A stretch of 63,856 nt of DNA from a bacterium (GTDB taxonomy: Bacteria; Patescibacteriota; Minisyncoccia; Phycocordibacterales; Phycocordibacteraceae), in the NCBI GenBank assembly GCA_021824605.1, contig JAKAKH010000007.1, positions 1-63,856 on the forward strand. Direction: 5' to 3'. Every line of letters begins with the position of its first letter. Within the stretch, counting starts at the first letter, position 1. Both the position numbers and the translations under genes were made by a program. Shown one piece after another: positions 30,471 through 39,951 of the stretch. The notes beneath the pieces are model-generated. The model worked only from the letters and a program-made list of their open reading frames with translations, searched no databases and was not told where the DNA came from.

Positions 30471-30857
30471 ATGAAAGGATACATCACCAACATCGAAGAA
30501 CGTGCACTCGCAAACAATTATTTCAGAGAGGTGCTGTATACCGACGAACGACTGCAGTTGGTCGTTATGAGCCTACAGCCGAATGAGGACATTGGTGAAG
30601 AGGTGCATGAACTCGATCAGTTTATTCGCGTCGAGAAAGGGGCAGGGAAGACCGTACTCGAGGGTGTTGAGCACGAGCTTACAGAGGGTTCGGCGATCAT
30701 TGTTCCGAAAGGTACTCGACACAATATTATAAATACCTCAGCGACTGAGCCGATGAAGCTCTACACCGTGTATGCGCCGCCGAATCACAAGGAGGGTACG
30801 GTGCATCAAACGAAAGCGGAAGCAGAGGCTGATGAGGGCGAACACTACGCCGGGTAA
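30471..30857 (+). CDS. Cupin domain protein
   Basis: EEVH..DQF.RVE.G and VPKGTRHN motifs. Confidence 0.9.
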   Translation: MKGYITNIEERALANNYFREVLYTDERLQLVVMSLQPNEDIGEEVHELDQFIRVEKGAGKTVLEGVEHELTEGSAIIVPKGTRHNIINTSATEPMKLYTVYAPPNHKEGTVHQTKAEAEADEGEHYAG

Positions 30858-30861
30858 CGGT

Positions 30862-31437
30862 ATGCCGCCTCTTTCCATCGACACGTCAAAAACAGCGCTC
30901 GTCGTCATTGATCTGCAGAAAGGTATTGTCGAGCGCGAAGTCGCCCCGCACTCATCCGAAGAAGTGATAGAGCACGCTGCACGTCTTGCGGGTGCGTTTC
31001 GACAGAAGAGTATGCCGGTGTTTCTGGTGCGAGTGACGCCATCGCCCGATGGGAAAGACGCACTGCACCCTCTTGCCGATGCCGGTATGGCGATGGCGAC
31101 ACCTCCGGCAGGGTGGGCAGACATTGTACCGGAGCTTGGTTCGAAGCAGGGAGATTTCGTGATTACGAAACATCAGTGGGGTGCGTTTTATGGTACAGAG
31201 CTTGATCTTGAATTCCGGCGGCGCGACATCACGACGATGGTGCTCTGCGGTATCTCGACCAACATCGGTGTCGAGAGTACGGCACGTTTCGCGTACGAGT
31301 ACGGGTACCACCAAATCTTCGTCGAGGATGCGATGGCGGCCATGTCAGCAGAAGAGCATATCGCGACCGTCACAAAGATATTCCCACGTATCGGCCTTGT
31401 AAGGAAAACAGAAGACGTTTTACAGGCCTTGGGCTAA
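30862..31437 (+). CDS. Isochorismatase-family hydrolase (YecD-like)
   Basis: ALVVIDLQKG, TKHQWGAF, GISTNIGVESTAR. Confidence 0.92.
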   Translation: MPPLSIDTSKTALVVIDLQKGIVEREVAPHSSEEVIEHAARLAGAFRQKSMPVFLVRVTPSPDGKDALHPLADAGMAMATPPAGWADIVPELGSKQGDFVITKHQWGAFYGTELDLEFRRRDITTMVLCGISTNIGVESTARFAYEYGYHQIFVEDAMAAMSAEEHIATVTKIFPRIGLVRKTEDVLQALG

Positions 31438-31503
31438 CGAGCGGTTTGCAGAAAAGAACTACAGCTTTCTCGACGAGAAAGGGCGTATACTAGGGGTACG
31501 CCT

Positions 31504-32238
31504 ATGAACGCTCAGAAGGTCATAGAGCAGCTTGGATACACCGCAAAGGAGGCGAAGGTGTACATTGCTGCACTGTCGCTTGGAGAGTGTCATATCTCGG
31601 ACCTTGCCGCGAAACTCAAGATGCCGCGGTCGAGTGTACAGAGCATTCTCGATACGCTCCATAAGGATGGCCTTATTAATTTTTACGTGCAGCGCCGGTA
31701 TCGATATTGGGTTGCAGAGAGTCCGGAACGGTTATTGAAACTGCTACAGGAGCGCGAGGCGAGTGTGTCAGCAGCTCTCCCGATATTGTCTGGTCTGCGG
31801 AAGGGTAGCAGTACGAAGACCTCCGTCAAAGTATTTGCCGGGACTGACGAGATACGAATGATGTATGACGATATGCTTGTTATGCGGCAGCATATTCTTG
31901 GTATGGTTCCCTGGGATGAGTGGCAGCGACTACTCGGACGTGGGTTCACGGAAGATTTTATAGAAAAACGGGTACGACATTTCTTGCACATTCGTCTCAT
32001 CGTTCCCAAGTCAGTTGCGACGACGGCGCTCAAGGAGCGCGACGCGAAAGAGTCACGCATCACGCGCTATTCCCCCGAGGGAATGACCATCAAGACTGCG
32101 CTCTTCATCTACGGAACAAAAGTTGCGATTGTGACGCTTAATAAACGAATGCCGACGGCGATTGTCCTCGATGATCAGGATATTCGAGACACTTTTGAAC
32201 TATTCTTCGAAGGATTGTGGGAGCAGAGCAGCGAGTAG
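31504..32238 (+). CDS. TrmB-family HTH transcriptional regulator
   Basis: LGYT.KEAKVY.A.L.LG...RSSV...L..L...GL; C-terminal IYG.KVAI. Confidence 0.85.
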   Translation: MNAQKVIEQLGYTAKEAKVYIAALSLGECHISDLAAKLKMPRSSVQSILDTLHKDGLINFYVQRRYRYWVAESPERLLKLLQEREASVSAALPILSGLRKGSSTKTSVKVFAGTDEIRMMYDDMLVMRQHILGMVPWDEWQRLLGRGFTEDFIEKRVRHFLHIRLIVPKSVATTALKERDAKESRITRYSPEGMTIKTALFIYGTKVAIVTLNKRMPTAIVLDDQDIRDTFELFFEGLWEQSSE

Positions 32239-32463
32239 TGTAGAAATGACGATATTTTCGTCGTCGTGAAGGCAGCGTACGAGTTTTGTACCGAAACATC
32301 TTTTCTCGGCGAGTGTCTTTTCTGACAAGAATGATTGTCTTTTGTGAAGGTGATTTTATCCTGTAAGGAGGTCGGGATCTCGAGGCAAGATGGGTGCTTC
32401 GATTATTGGCTATTTATATACCATGGTTTTGTGCTGTTGGGGGAACTATTAGCAACAGTAACT

Positions 32464-32793
32464 ATGCTCTCTATGTGGAAAGAATATACTAATGCAGCGC
32501 TCGGGCTTGGAGTAGCCATTGTCGCGTTTCTTGGTCTGACCGATGCCACACTTATGACAACGCTCTTCGTTCTTGGCGCCGCAGTGTTGGTGCTTGGGTT
32601 GTGGAGTGCGAGTACGTGGCAGGATTATACCAACGCAGCGCTCGGACTTGGTATCGCCGTGGTCGGACTCTTCGGTTTGACGGGCGCAGCCCTCTCCTGG
32701 ACGCTCTTCGTTCTTGGCGCCGCAGTGCTGGTGCTTGGGCTCTGGGGTGCAAACACTCTCTCCTCGTCGGAATTCGAACGAAGTCACGCGTAG
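32464..32793 (+). CDS. Small membrane protein made of two tandem repeats (SPW-repeat-like)
   Basis: W.xYTNAALGLG...TLFVLGAAVLVLGLW occurs twice. Confidence 0.75.
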   Translation: MLSMWKEYTNAALGLGVAIVAFLGLTDATLMTTLFVLGAAVLVLGLWSASTWQDYTNAALGLGIAVVGLFGLTGAALSWTLFVLGAAVLVLGLWGANTLSSSEFERSHA

Positions 32794-32835
32794 TGCTTTG
32801 CCGTCAATTGTCTTAGGCGGGTATGGACGTACCGA

Positions 32836-33072
32836 GTGCTACTCCCTTGCGTTTTGCCGCTCGCTCTTCGTATCTCGCGAAAGATAGGACATCCCGACAA
32901 CCCCGAATATGCAGTGTGTGCAGTAACTGAAGATGGGGAACTTATCTGTAATGAGGCAGAATCAACGAAACTCGATCAACGTTGGCTTAAGGAGGTGGCT
33001 AAGCGTGAACAAGGAAAAGCGATGCGCCGCCGTACTCTGTACGGCGGCGCACGTCATACGGCGAAGAAGTAA
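32836..33072 (+). pseudogene. Fragment of a phosphoribosyltransferase-like gene
   Basis: RKIGHPDNPEYAVCAVTEDG and RRRTLYGG match the middle of this family; N-terminus and PRPP-binding VDDG motif are missing. Confidence 0.55.
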
Positions 33073-33105
33073 TGCGCATCCTGTCTGAGTTTTAAAAAGA
33101 AGGGG

Positions 33106-33831
33106 CTAGAAACTTGCAAGTCGTATAACAACGTAGAGTATGCCCATACCAAGAAGGGTCATAAGAGTGGTCCATCGCTTCGGATGAGAGTGGTAGCTCT
33201 CTGGGATGAGATCACTTGCGCCGAGGTACAGAAAGAACCCAGAGAAGAGCGCGAGCAGGAGGCCAAGTGTTTCTCCGGGAAGTACGAAAAAGATCGTCGA
33301 AAGCACACCGAGTACTGGCGCGAATGCGTCAACGAGAAGCCAGCGGAATGCTTGAGTACGAGTGCCCGCGTGCTTCAGTACGAAGTTCACAGTGTTGATA
33401 CCATCAGAGAAATCATGCGTAAGTACGGCGACCGCAACAATGAGTCCTACTGCCGGAGATACTTGGAAAGCGAGACCAATACCCATGCCGTCAAGGAAGC
33501 TGTGAAGAGAGAGGCTCCCAGCACCGGCGTTCGCTTTGTGGTTGTGCAGCGCTTCGTCACCAGCGTGGTCATGCAGGAGTATAAAACGATCAAGGATGAG
33601 GTACGCAGCAAATCCGAGAGCAACCACCGAGAGTACTGTCGCAGCAGAGTATACTTTTTCAGTCAAAGCGAGCGCCTCGGGGAGAAGGTCGAAGAAGGCG
33701 ACCGCGAGAATAGCCCCGGCACTAAAACCGAGTATGAGATGTAGTTTGTCTTTTAAGTAGAGTGCAAACAGGCCACCGATGAGCGTGGAAAAAAAGGCGG
33801 CGACGGTGATAAGAATCAGTACAGAATTCAT
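33106..33831 (-). CDS. ZIP-family metal transporter
   Basis: HSFLDG, HDFSDG, His-rich loop. Confidence 0.9.
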   Translation of the reverse strand: MNSVLILITVAAFFSTLIGGLFALYLKDKLHLILGFSAGAILAVAFFDLLPEALALTEKVYSAATVLSVVALGFAAYLILDRFILLHDHAGDEALHNHKANAGAGSLSLHSFLDGMGIGLAFQVSPAVGLIVAVAVLTHDFSDGINTVNFVLKHAGTRTQAFRWLLVDAFAPVLGVLSTIFFVLPGETLGLLLALFSGFFLYLGASDLIPESYHSHPKRWTTLMTLLGMGILYVVIRLASF

Positions 33832-33926
33832 AGGTCAGCTATATGCGCGTAGTATAGAGGAAAGAGTGATGTGGAGATAGGAGGATGTGCACCCGCATTC
33901 TTTCGTATTTTTGTACGCCTGATACG

Positions 33927-34595
33927 CTACCGTGTATTCGCCGCAATGGCTTCTTCAAATAGTTCGGGCGTGGGCGGGTGGTGGGCGTTCATTGTCTCGA
34001 TGAATGCTTCGTGACTGAGAAGGAAGCGAGGATTCTTGCTTTTCTCGTGCCCGATAGTAGAAGCCGTACGACCCTTGTAGTCATGCGCAGGGTATACGAC
34101 AGTTTCATCAGGGAGTGCACCGAGCGTGTTGTGGAGGGAGTGGTACAGTGCCTCGCTGTCGCCAAGTTGGAAATCAGTGCGACCGGTGCCTTCGATGAGC
34201 AGGGCATCGCCAGTGAAGACAGCTTCGTCGATATGGAGCGAGATACTCTCGTTGGTGTGACCGGGTGTCGCAAGGATATTTATGGTGTGCTCGCCAAGCG
34301 GCAGTGTTTCGCCGCCTGCTACCGACACGTCCTTATGAGGAGAGGGAGCATTTTTATGCCGAAGGATCTTTGCACCAGTTAGTTCAGCAAGTTGTATTGC
34401 AGACGAGATGTGATCAGCGTGGGTATGCGTCTCTGCAATATAGCGGAGAGTGGCCCCTTGCTCCTTGAGAGCAGTAAGGTAGAGATCACTCGCTATTTCT
34501 ACCGAGGGGTCTATAAGAAGTGCTTCTTTTGAAGTGGGATCGACAACCAGGTAGGACAGACACCCGCGTTGCGCGTGGAAGGGGAGTATGTGCAT
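33927..34595 (-). CDS. MBL-fold persulfide dioxygenase (ETHE1/PDO-like)
   Basis: ETHTHADHIS, TPGHT, TGDALLI..GRTDFQ, YPAHDY. Confidence 0.88.
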   Translation of the reverse strand: MHILPFHAQRGCLSYLVVDPTSKEALLIDPSVEIASDLYLTALKEQGATLRYIAETHTHADHISSAIQLAELTGAKILRHKNAPSPHKDVSVAGGETLPLGEHTINILATPGHTNESISLHIDEAVFTGDALLIEGTGRTDFQLGDSEALYHSLHNTLGALPDETVVYPAHDYKGRTASTIGHEKSKNPRFLLSHEAFIETMNAHHPPTPELFEEAIAANTR

Positions 34596-34606
34596 GGGGA
34601 GGGAAG

Positions 34607-34933
34607 TTAGGTAGTAGGGAGCCCTGCGTTTTCCCAGGCAATGATGCCGCCTGAGACGTTCATAACCTGGGTCATACCGAGTCCGTGAAGCAGGTTTGCT
34701 GCCATGGCGCTTCGGCCGCCAGAGCGGCACATAACGTGAATTGACGTATACCCCGCCAAACGAGATGCTTGCGCCTCGAGCTGGTCGAGGGGAATGTTCA
34801 CAGCACCAGGGACACCAATATCACGCACTTCCTCTCGTGAGCGGACATCGATAAGGACGTGTCCTTCAGTACCAAGGGTTGCGTGAGCATCGTGGACAGT
34901 AATATTTTTCGGGCCAAATGAGAATCCAAACAT
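34607..34933 (-). CDS. Single-domain rhodanese (sulfurtransferase)
   Basis: IDVRS, CRSGGRS active loop, GGIIAW. Confidence 0.92.
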   Translation of the reverse strand: MFGFSFGPKNITVHDAHATLGTEGHVLIDVRSREEVRDIGVPGAVNIPLDQLEAQASRLAGYTSIHVMCRSGGRSAMAANLLHGLGMTQVMNVSGGIIAWENAGLPTT

Positions 34934-34935
34934 AG

Positions 34936-35199
34936 TTAAGAAAGATGAAAAGCTGAATTAATAATGATATCGAGTTCTTTTGCGAGCCGAGCAGGACCCT
35001 TCTTTTCGCTGAGACAGCGCTTCGCAGAATCGTGCGCAAGTGCCTCAGCGAAACTTTTAAGTCCATTGGTTGCCGCCTTGACCTGGGTCAGAGTTCCGGC
35101 ACAGTCGATATCTTCGGTGCTGAGCGAACGTTTGAGGGCTGCGATCTGCCCCTCAATGCGATTTAATCGTATGACGAGGTTGTGATGGGTAGTGGACAT
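34936..35199 (-). CDS. CsoR/RcnR-family repressor, CstR-like
   Basis: RLNRIEGQ; Cys33 and Cys62; no His at the Cu-ligand position. Confidence 0.85.
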   Translation of the reverse strand: MSTTHHNLVIRLNRIEGQIAALKRSLSTEDIDCAGTLTQVKAATNGLKSFAEALAHDSAKRCLSEKKGPARLAKELDIIINSAFHLS

Positions 35200-35227
35200 A
35201 TTGTGGGGCTACTCCTGGAGTATAGCA

Positions 35228-35246
35228 CATACCCCCCTGGGGTATG
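35228..35246. promoter_or_regulatory. CsoR/CstR-type operator overlapping the promoter
   Basis: catacccc-cct-ggggtatg palindrome next to TGcTATACT (minus strand). Confidence 0.8.
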
Positions 35247-35337
35247 CAAGTCGGGCATGCTCAACAGGAGCAATAGATCACACCGGCGTCGCGAGTGGAG
35301 TCGCGACGGCCGGTGTGATCTGCGCGAAATGCCGCGA

Positions 35338-36102
35338 CTAGAAGAATCCGAACATGTGGGAGAAGAATCCGCCGATCAGACCAAAGAATCCTCGATGCGC
35401 CGGGGCAGGAGTGGTCCCGTTTGCTGGTGCTTGGAGCGTGCCGGAATCAATGACTGTAGTTGCCGTGATTGCCGTACCCTGCACCGTGCCCTGGACGATA
35501 ACGGTATCGCCAACGGCGATGTTTGTGCTGGTGGCATTCGCGATACCGGTCTTTGTTACTTTTGCAGAGCTGATATCGACTGTGTACGTGACGTTACTTT
35601 TATTGGTCACAGTGAGTGAGGTGCCGCTCTGGGCAGTAACGGTGCCGCCAATCACTGGCTGTCCATTCCCGATTATTGCCGGAGTATGTGAGGCAATGTC
35701 CATGTCAGGTGTTTCACCGAACATTCTGCCCCAATGACCTGCCCGCCCATCTCGAATCATGGTTGCGGTGACGGTCGTGCCACTCAACGTGCCTTCTACC
35801 ATCACTCGATCGCCAATGGCGATTGCCGAGAGCGTAGAATTCAGACCTTCTTTCGTCACGGTTGCTTGTGCGGCCTGGACGGTATAGGTCGTCTCTGTTT
35901 TCTGTGCTGCGCGTGGCCATGCTTTCGAATCAACCGTCAGTGTCGTGCCTGCGATTCCGGAGACAGTACCGACAACGACGGGACGATGGAATGGTGGCGT
36001 CGGTTCCTCAGCCGCAAATGCGGTTCCTGCGAGGCCGACGGAGCTGATAAGTGCTGACCCTACGAGTAGGGCAGAAAAGTTACGTTTTGAGAGAATAGAC
36101 AT
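35338..36102 (-). CDS. Secreted protein with two OB-like (DUF5666-like) repeats
   Basis: Signal peptide; two GTV...GT.LTV...TYTV...I.VGD.V.V.GT repeats. Confidence 0.7.
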   Translation of the reverse strand: MSILSKRNFSALLVGSALISSVGLAGTAFAAEEPTPPFHRPVVVGTVSGIAGTTLTVDSKAWPRAAQKTETTYTVQAAQATVTKEGLNSTLSAIAIGDRVMVEGTLSGTTVTATMIRDGRAGHWGRMFGETPDMDIASHTPAIIGNGQPVIGGTVTAQSGTSLTVTNKSNVTYTVDISSAKVTKTGIANATSTNIAVGDTVIVQGTVQGTAITATTVIDSGTLQAPANGTTPAPAHRGFFGLIGGFFSHMFGFF

Positions 36103-36146
36103 GAGTTGGATGCTTGAATTGATAACACTGTACGTACAGGTATATA

Positions 36147-36172
36147 TACGCCCGGGGCGTTGGAATGTTTCA
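36147..36172 (-). promoter_or_regulatory. ECF (SigW/SigM-like) promoter
   Basis: TGAAAC-N16-CGTA. Confidence 0.65.
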
Positions 36173-36186
36173 TTCGTCGAGCAGGA

Positions 36187-36651
36187 TTAGAGAGAGATCT
36201 CCGTCAACACTTCATTTGTGCCGTTTCCTTGAGAGAAGTCGCCCCAGCGAACCCAGTGAGGGGTAAGCTTCAAGAACACCATATCGGCAGGACTAAAACG
36301 TGTAAGGGGTGCGAAGTAATTGGTATTGGAAAGGAGTACCGCAGTGAGGTCGACTAACGCAGGGTCGATGAGCGCCGTTTTTGTCAGGTTTGAGACCGTA
36401 CCTTCAATCTGGAGGGTCTGAGGAATGGTTTCGTCTGATACGGTGAAGGCGGCTTGCAGGCTGGTTTGCAGGTCGGCCCATTTTCGAGTGTCTCCGTGGG
36501 TCACGAAATAGATTGAGAAAGAATCATCGGAAGCGAAGTAGATAGTTCGTACTCGCGGCGTTCCCTCTGGCGAGACGGTCGCGAGCGCGCCGGTGATATG
36601 TGCTTTGAGGAAGGCGAGAGCCGTGTTTCGAACAGTAGCAGATGGTTCCAT
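36187..36651 (-). CDS. Pyridoxamine 5'-phosphate oxidase-family (split barrel) protein
   Basis: LATVSPEGTPRVR, YFVT..TRK. Confidence 0.85.
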   Translation of the reverse strand: MEPSATVRNTALAFLKAHITGALATVSPEGTPRVRTIYFASDDSFSIYFVTHGDTRKWADLQTSLQAAFTVSDETIPQTLQIEGTVSNLTKTALIDPALVDLTAVLLSNTNYFAPLTRFSPADMVFLKLTPHWVRWGDFSQGNGTNEVLTEISL

Positions 36652-36698
36652 ACTGGTGGGTTACGTGTGAGTAGCATACCATGTGGTACGCTATGGAT

Positions 36699-37715
36699 AT
36701 GGATACACATCGTTTTGGAACTATCCCTCTCCTGGTGCTTTTTGCTGCAGTCTCGCTTCTCCTCTTCTTTGTGTACAGTCCTTTTCTATCGGTGCTTTCA
36801 CTTGCGGGGGTTTCTGCGGTCATGCTGCATGGTCCTCACGAGAAGCTGACGCGCATCCTCGGCGGGAGGAGTGGCATCTCCGCGTTAATCATGGTCTTGC
36901 TCTTGTGCATATTTTTCGTGGTGCCGCTCTTCTTCCTTGGATTACAAATTTTCCAAGAGGCGCAAAATCTCTTCGTGGGCATCCAGGGGAATGGTGCGTC
37001 GTATGTGGAAGCGGTACGCAACGTGATTCAAGTACCGCTGCAGCGATGGGTTCCAGGATTCGTATTCGATATCCATACGGCAGTTGAGAACGTGATCCTC
37101 TTTATTTCGAGCAATCTAGGATCACTTGTCTACCAGACACTCTCAGTATTTTTTGGGGCTTTCCTTATGCTCTTGTCGCTGTTTTTCTTCCTCCGTGACG
37201 GACGTGCACTTCTTGCTTCATTTGTAGACTTGAGTCCTTTTGGAAAAGGGGTGACGGATGAAATCTTGCAGAATATGTATCTCACGATTCGTTCGGTCGT
37301 ACGGGGTACGTTATTTATCGTAGTGATTCGTGCCGCGTGTATGTGGGTGGCGTTTACTCTCTTTGGCATACCGAACGCCCTTTTCTGGGGTACGCTCGGA
37401 GGTGTTGCAGGAGCGATACCAGGTCTCGGTACTGCTTTTGCCTTTCTGGGGGCAGCCGTCTATTTCTACCTTATGGGGAATATGGCGGGCGTCATCGGTA
37501 GTATCCTCTCGGGAGGTATTGCGGTGATTCTCGTCGACAATATTCTCACCTCGTATTTCTTTGGTAAGGGGTTAGCGGTATCACCGATATTCGTACTCTT
37601 CGCTATTTTGGGTGGACTTGTATACTTCGGTCCGCTGGGATTCATACTCGGCCCACTCGTGCTCTCCGTATTCCTCTCAGTAGTGCGTATTTCTCCAATG
37701 AGCGGACACGCGTAA
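36699..37715 (+). CDS. AI-2E family transporter
   Basis: FFFLRDG, IPGLGT, DNIL, GG...FGPLGFILGP. Confidence 0.9.
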   Translation: MDTHRFGTIPLLVLFAAVSLLLFFVYSPFLSVLSLAGVSAVMLHGPHEKLTRILGGRSGISALIMVLLLCIFFVVPLFFLGLQIFQEAQNLFVGIQGNGASYVEAVRNVIQVPLQRWVPGFVFDIHTAVENVILFISSNLGSLVYQTLSVFFGAFLMLLSLFFFLRDGRALLASFVDLSPFGKGVTDEILQNMYLTIRSVVRGTLFIVVIRAACMWVAFTLFGIPNALFWGTLGGVAGAIPGLGTAFAFLGAAVYFYLMGNMAGVIGSILSGGIAVILVDNILTSYFFGKGLAVSPIFVLFAILGGLVYFGPLGFILGPLVLSVFLSVVRISPMSGHA

Positions 37716-37738
37716 CCACCGAAGTGTTTGGTGTCGGG

Positions 37739-39253
37739 TTATGCGAAGCCAGGGAAGTAATCGGTTTTTATATGGAGCGGGGATACACCCATGTCACGCA
37801 GGGCGACTGTAAATGCGTCGATCATGCCATGAGGACCAGAAATGTAGAACAGCCGCTCTTTATAATCAGGGATTTCTTTGGCTATAAGGTCGCTCGTAAT
37901 GGTACCAGCATAGGTACCAGGTACCGGGCTCGGTTCATTCGTAAGAGCGTATACGGTCTTCAATCCTATCGCGCTCCCCGCAGCATCAAAGACTTCTTTA
38001 TACGCGATTTCAGAAGCTGTTTTATTTGAGTAGAGGAGGGTGATGTCTCGTGTGTCTTTCGTGTCGATGAGATACTGCACCATACTTCGGAAAGGAGTGA
38101 CACCAATGCCGCCGGCAATGAAGACGAGTTTTTTCTTTGCATCTCGCGGAAGGACAAAGTCTCCAGCGATATGGGATGCCGAGAGCGTATCATGCTCCTC
38201 CATTGCCCAGAGCGCACGCTTAAATGTGCTTGCGGGTTTGTAGAATTTCACGCCAAGTCGGACGACCTCTTCAGTCGGCGAAGAGGCGATCGTGAAGTAG
38301 CGACGATTGCCACGGTCATCACAGAAGCGATGACTCAGTGTCCATTCGAGATACTGTCCAGGACGGAACGTGAGTGGACGATCAGGAGCGAAAACAAATT
38401 CGAATGTCCCGGTCGCGAGTTCTCGCTTCTCAAGGAGTGTGAGAGTGAATCGCCCTTTCGGGCTTACGATATAGACGAATATATTGCCGATAAGCAAGGC
38501 AAGCTCTGGAGTGAAGTAGAACGAACCGAGATGAATGTTCGGCGCAAAAAGGAAGCCGACCAATGCACCATAAATGATTCTCGAGAGTCGGTTTGGAGGC
38601 ATCGTAAGCGGTTCTGTGAGCATCACGAATGCGAGGAAGAAGATGGCTGAGTGGAGGATCGTTTGCATCACTGCGGTGATAAAGTTGCCGCCATTTGCCG
38701 TGAGAATGATGGTGAAGAGAGAGACGACACCAAAGGCGATAACTAAATCGAATCGATGGATTTTCCGTACGATGAGGAGACCGCCAAGTACGACGAGCGG
38801 TAAGAGAGGAAGGTTCCCGCCGACCCACCAGGTGGCTGACTGTCCAAGTACGATGGCGCCGAGCGCGACGCCAAATGCGGCTGGGTTAAAAATGTGTTTT
38901 TTCCCAATGGCGAAAATGAATTTTGAGGCCATAGCCCACGCGGCGGCAAAGACAAGGAATCCGACACCGGCGTAGTTGGTTGGAGCAACTGGCGTGATGA
39001 TGAGGGAGAGAATGAGGCCGGTAATATAGACCGATTCCACATTCGGCATCGCCCCGAACCCTTTCACGAACAGCATATTTGTCACCCAGCTTGTCGCCAG
39101 AATTAGGAGTGTCGAGAAAGCGAGGTCACCCGGACTGTAGGGCAGGAGGGTAAAGAATCCGAAGACGGCTGCTGCAACGAGCAGAGTAATGAGGTAGTAC
39201 AGCACCAGGCGGTACATGGTAATTTTATTGAGGAAGTCGTCGACGAATTTCAT
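37739..39253 (-). CDS. RnfD/NqrB-like membrane domain fused to an FNR-type FAD/NAD-binding domain
   Basis: HIFNPAAFG, MLTEPLTMP; FRPGQY, RYFTIASSP, AGGIGVTPF, YISGP. Confidence 0.85.
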   Translation of the reverse strand: MKFVDDFLNKITMYRLVLYYLITLLVAAAVFGFFTLLPYSPGDLAFSTLLILATSWVTNMLFVKGFGAMPNVESVYITGLILSLIITPVAPTNYAGVGFLVFAAAWAMASKFIFAIGKKHIFNPAAFGVALGAIVLGQSATWWVGGNLPLLPLVVLGGLLIVRKIHRFDLVIAFGVVSLFTIILTANGGNFITAVMQTILHSAIFFLAFVMLTEPLTMPPNRLSRIIYGALVGFLFAPNIHLGSFYFTPELALLIGNIFVYIVSPKGRFTLTLLEKRELATGTFEFVFAPDRPLTFRPGQYLEWTLSHRFCDDRGNRRYFTIASSPTEEVVRLGVKFYKPASTFKRALWAMEEHDTLSASHIAGDFVLPRDAKKKLVFIAGGIGVTPFRSMVQYLIDTKDTRDITLLYSNKTASEIAYKEVFDAAGSAIGLKTVYALTNEPSPVPGTYAGTITSDLIAKEIPDYKERLFYISGPHGMIDAFTVALRDMGVSPLHIKTDYFPGFA

Positions 39254-39254
39254 A

Positions 39255-39911
39255 TTATCTTTTAGCAAGAGTAAGCGCAGAAGCAAGGGATTGCTGGAAC
39301 GCTTGGCTGGTAAAGGTTGCCCCGGACACGCCGTCTATCTGCGCGCTCTGTGCCTGGATGGCTTCCTGGGTGAGGAGCGGCATCGCCTGGCTGTTGATGT
39401 AGCGCGAATTACTGCGATCGTTTGGGTACTGGAGGAATTGCACATCTGCCAGCTGCCCGTTTTTTACAATGACTTGTACTTGGACAGTGCCATAGTAGGC
39501 GTCAGCGGGAGTTCCCGAGTACGAGCCATCGACATATTTTCCAAGGGGTTTGGGAGGCGTGGGCACCGGCGTTGGTGTCGGAGTGGGTGAGGGAGTTTGG
39601 GTGTGTGACGGGAGAGTGGTTGGCTGGGTGACGGGGAGCGTCGCTTCAGCTTGGGGTTGCGATGTTGAGCTGGTTAACTGCGCAAGTGTTTTTAAAAGTG
39701 CATCGTTTGCTGCTTGATACGATCGCCCTGTCGCCACAATGTCAGCAGAAGATGTTCCTCGTAAGGACGAAAGAGTGGCGAGCGAGGCATTGGTTGTGTC
39801 AAGGGTATGCTGCCATACCACATAAATTATGGACGCAACAATAAACCCGAGAGAGAGGAATAGTTTTTTGCGAGGCGCCGGATGGGTCGGTCTAACTTGA
39901 GAAAAACTCAT
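39255..39911 (-). CDS. Membrane-anchored FMN-binding (flavinylated) protein
   Basis: N-terminal TM, Pro/Thr linker, YVDGSYSG, DGVSGATFTS flavinylation motif. Confidence 0.9.
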   Translation of the reverse strand: MSFSQVRPTHPAPRKKLFLSLGFIVASIIYVVWQHTLDTTNASLATLSSLRGTSSADIVATGRSYQAANDALLKTLAQLTSSTSQPQAEATLPVTQPTTLPSHTQTPSPTPTPTPVPTPPKPLGKYVDGSYSGTPADAYYGTVQVQVIVKNGQLADVQFLQYPNDRSNSRYINSQAMPLLTQEAIQAQSAQIDGVSGATFTSQAFQQSLASALTLAKR

Positions 39912-39951
39912 AGAAGTACTCTATAGATACACGCGAACGGTGGCATTTATT

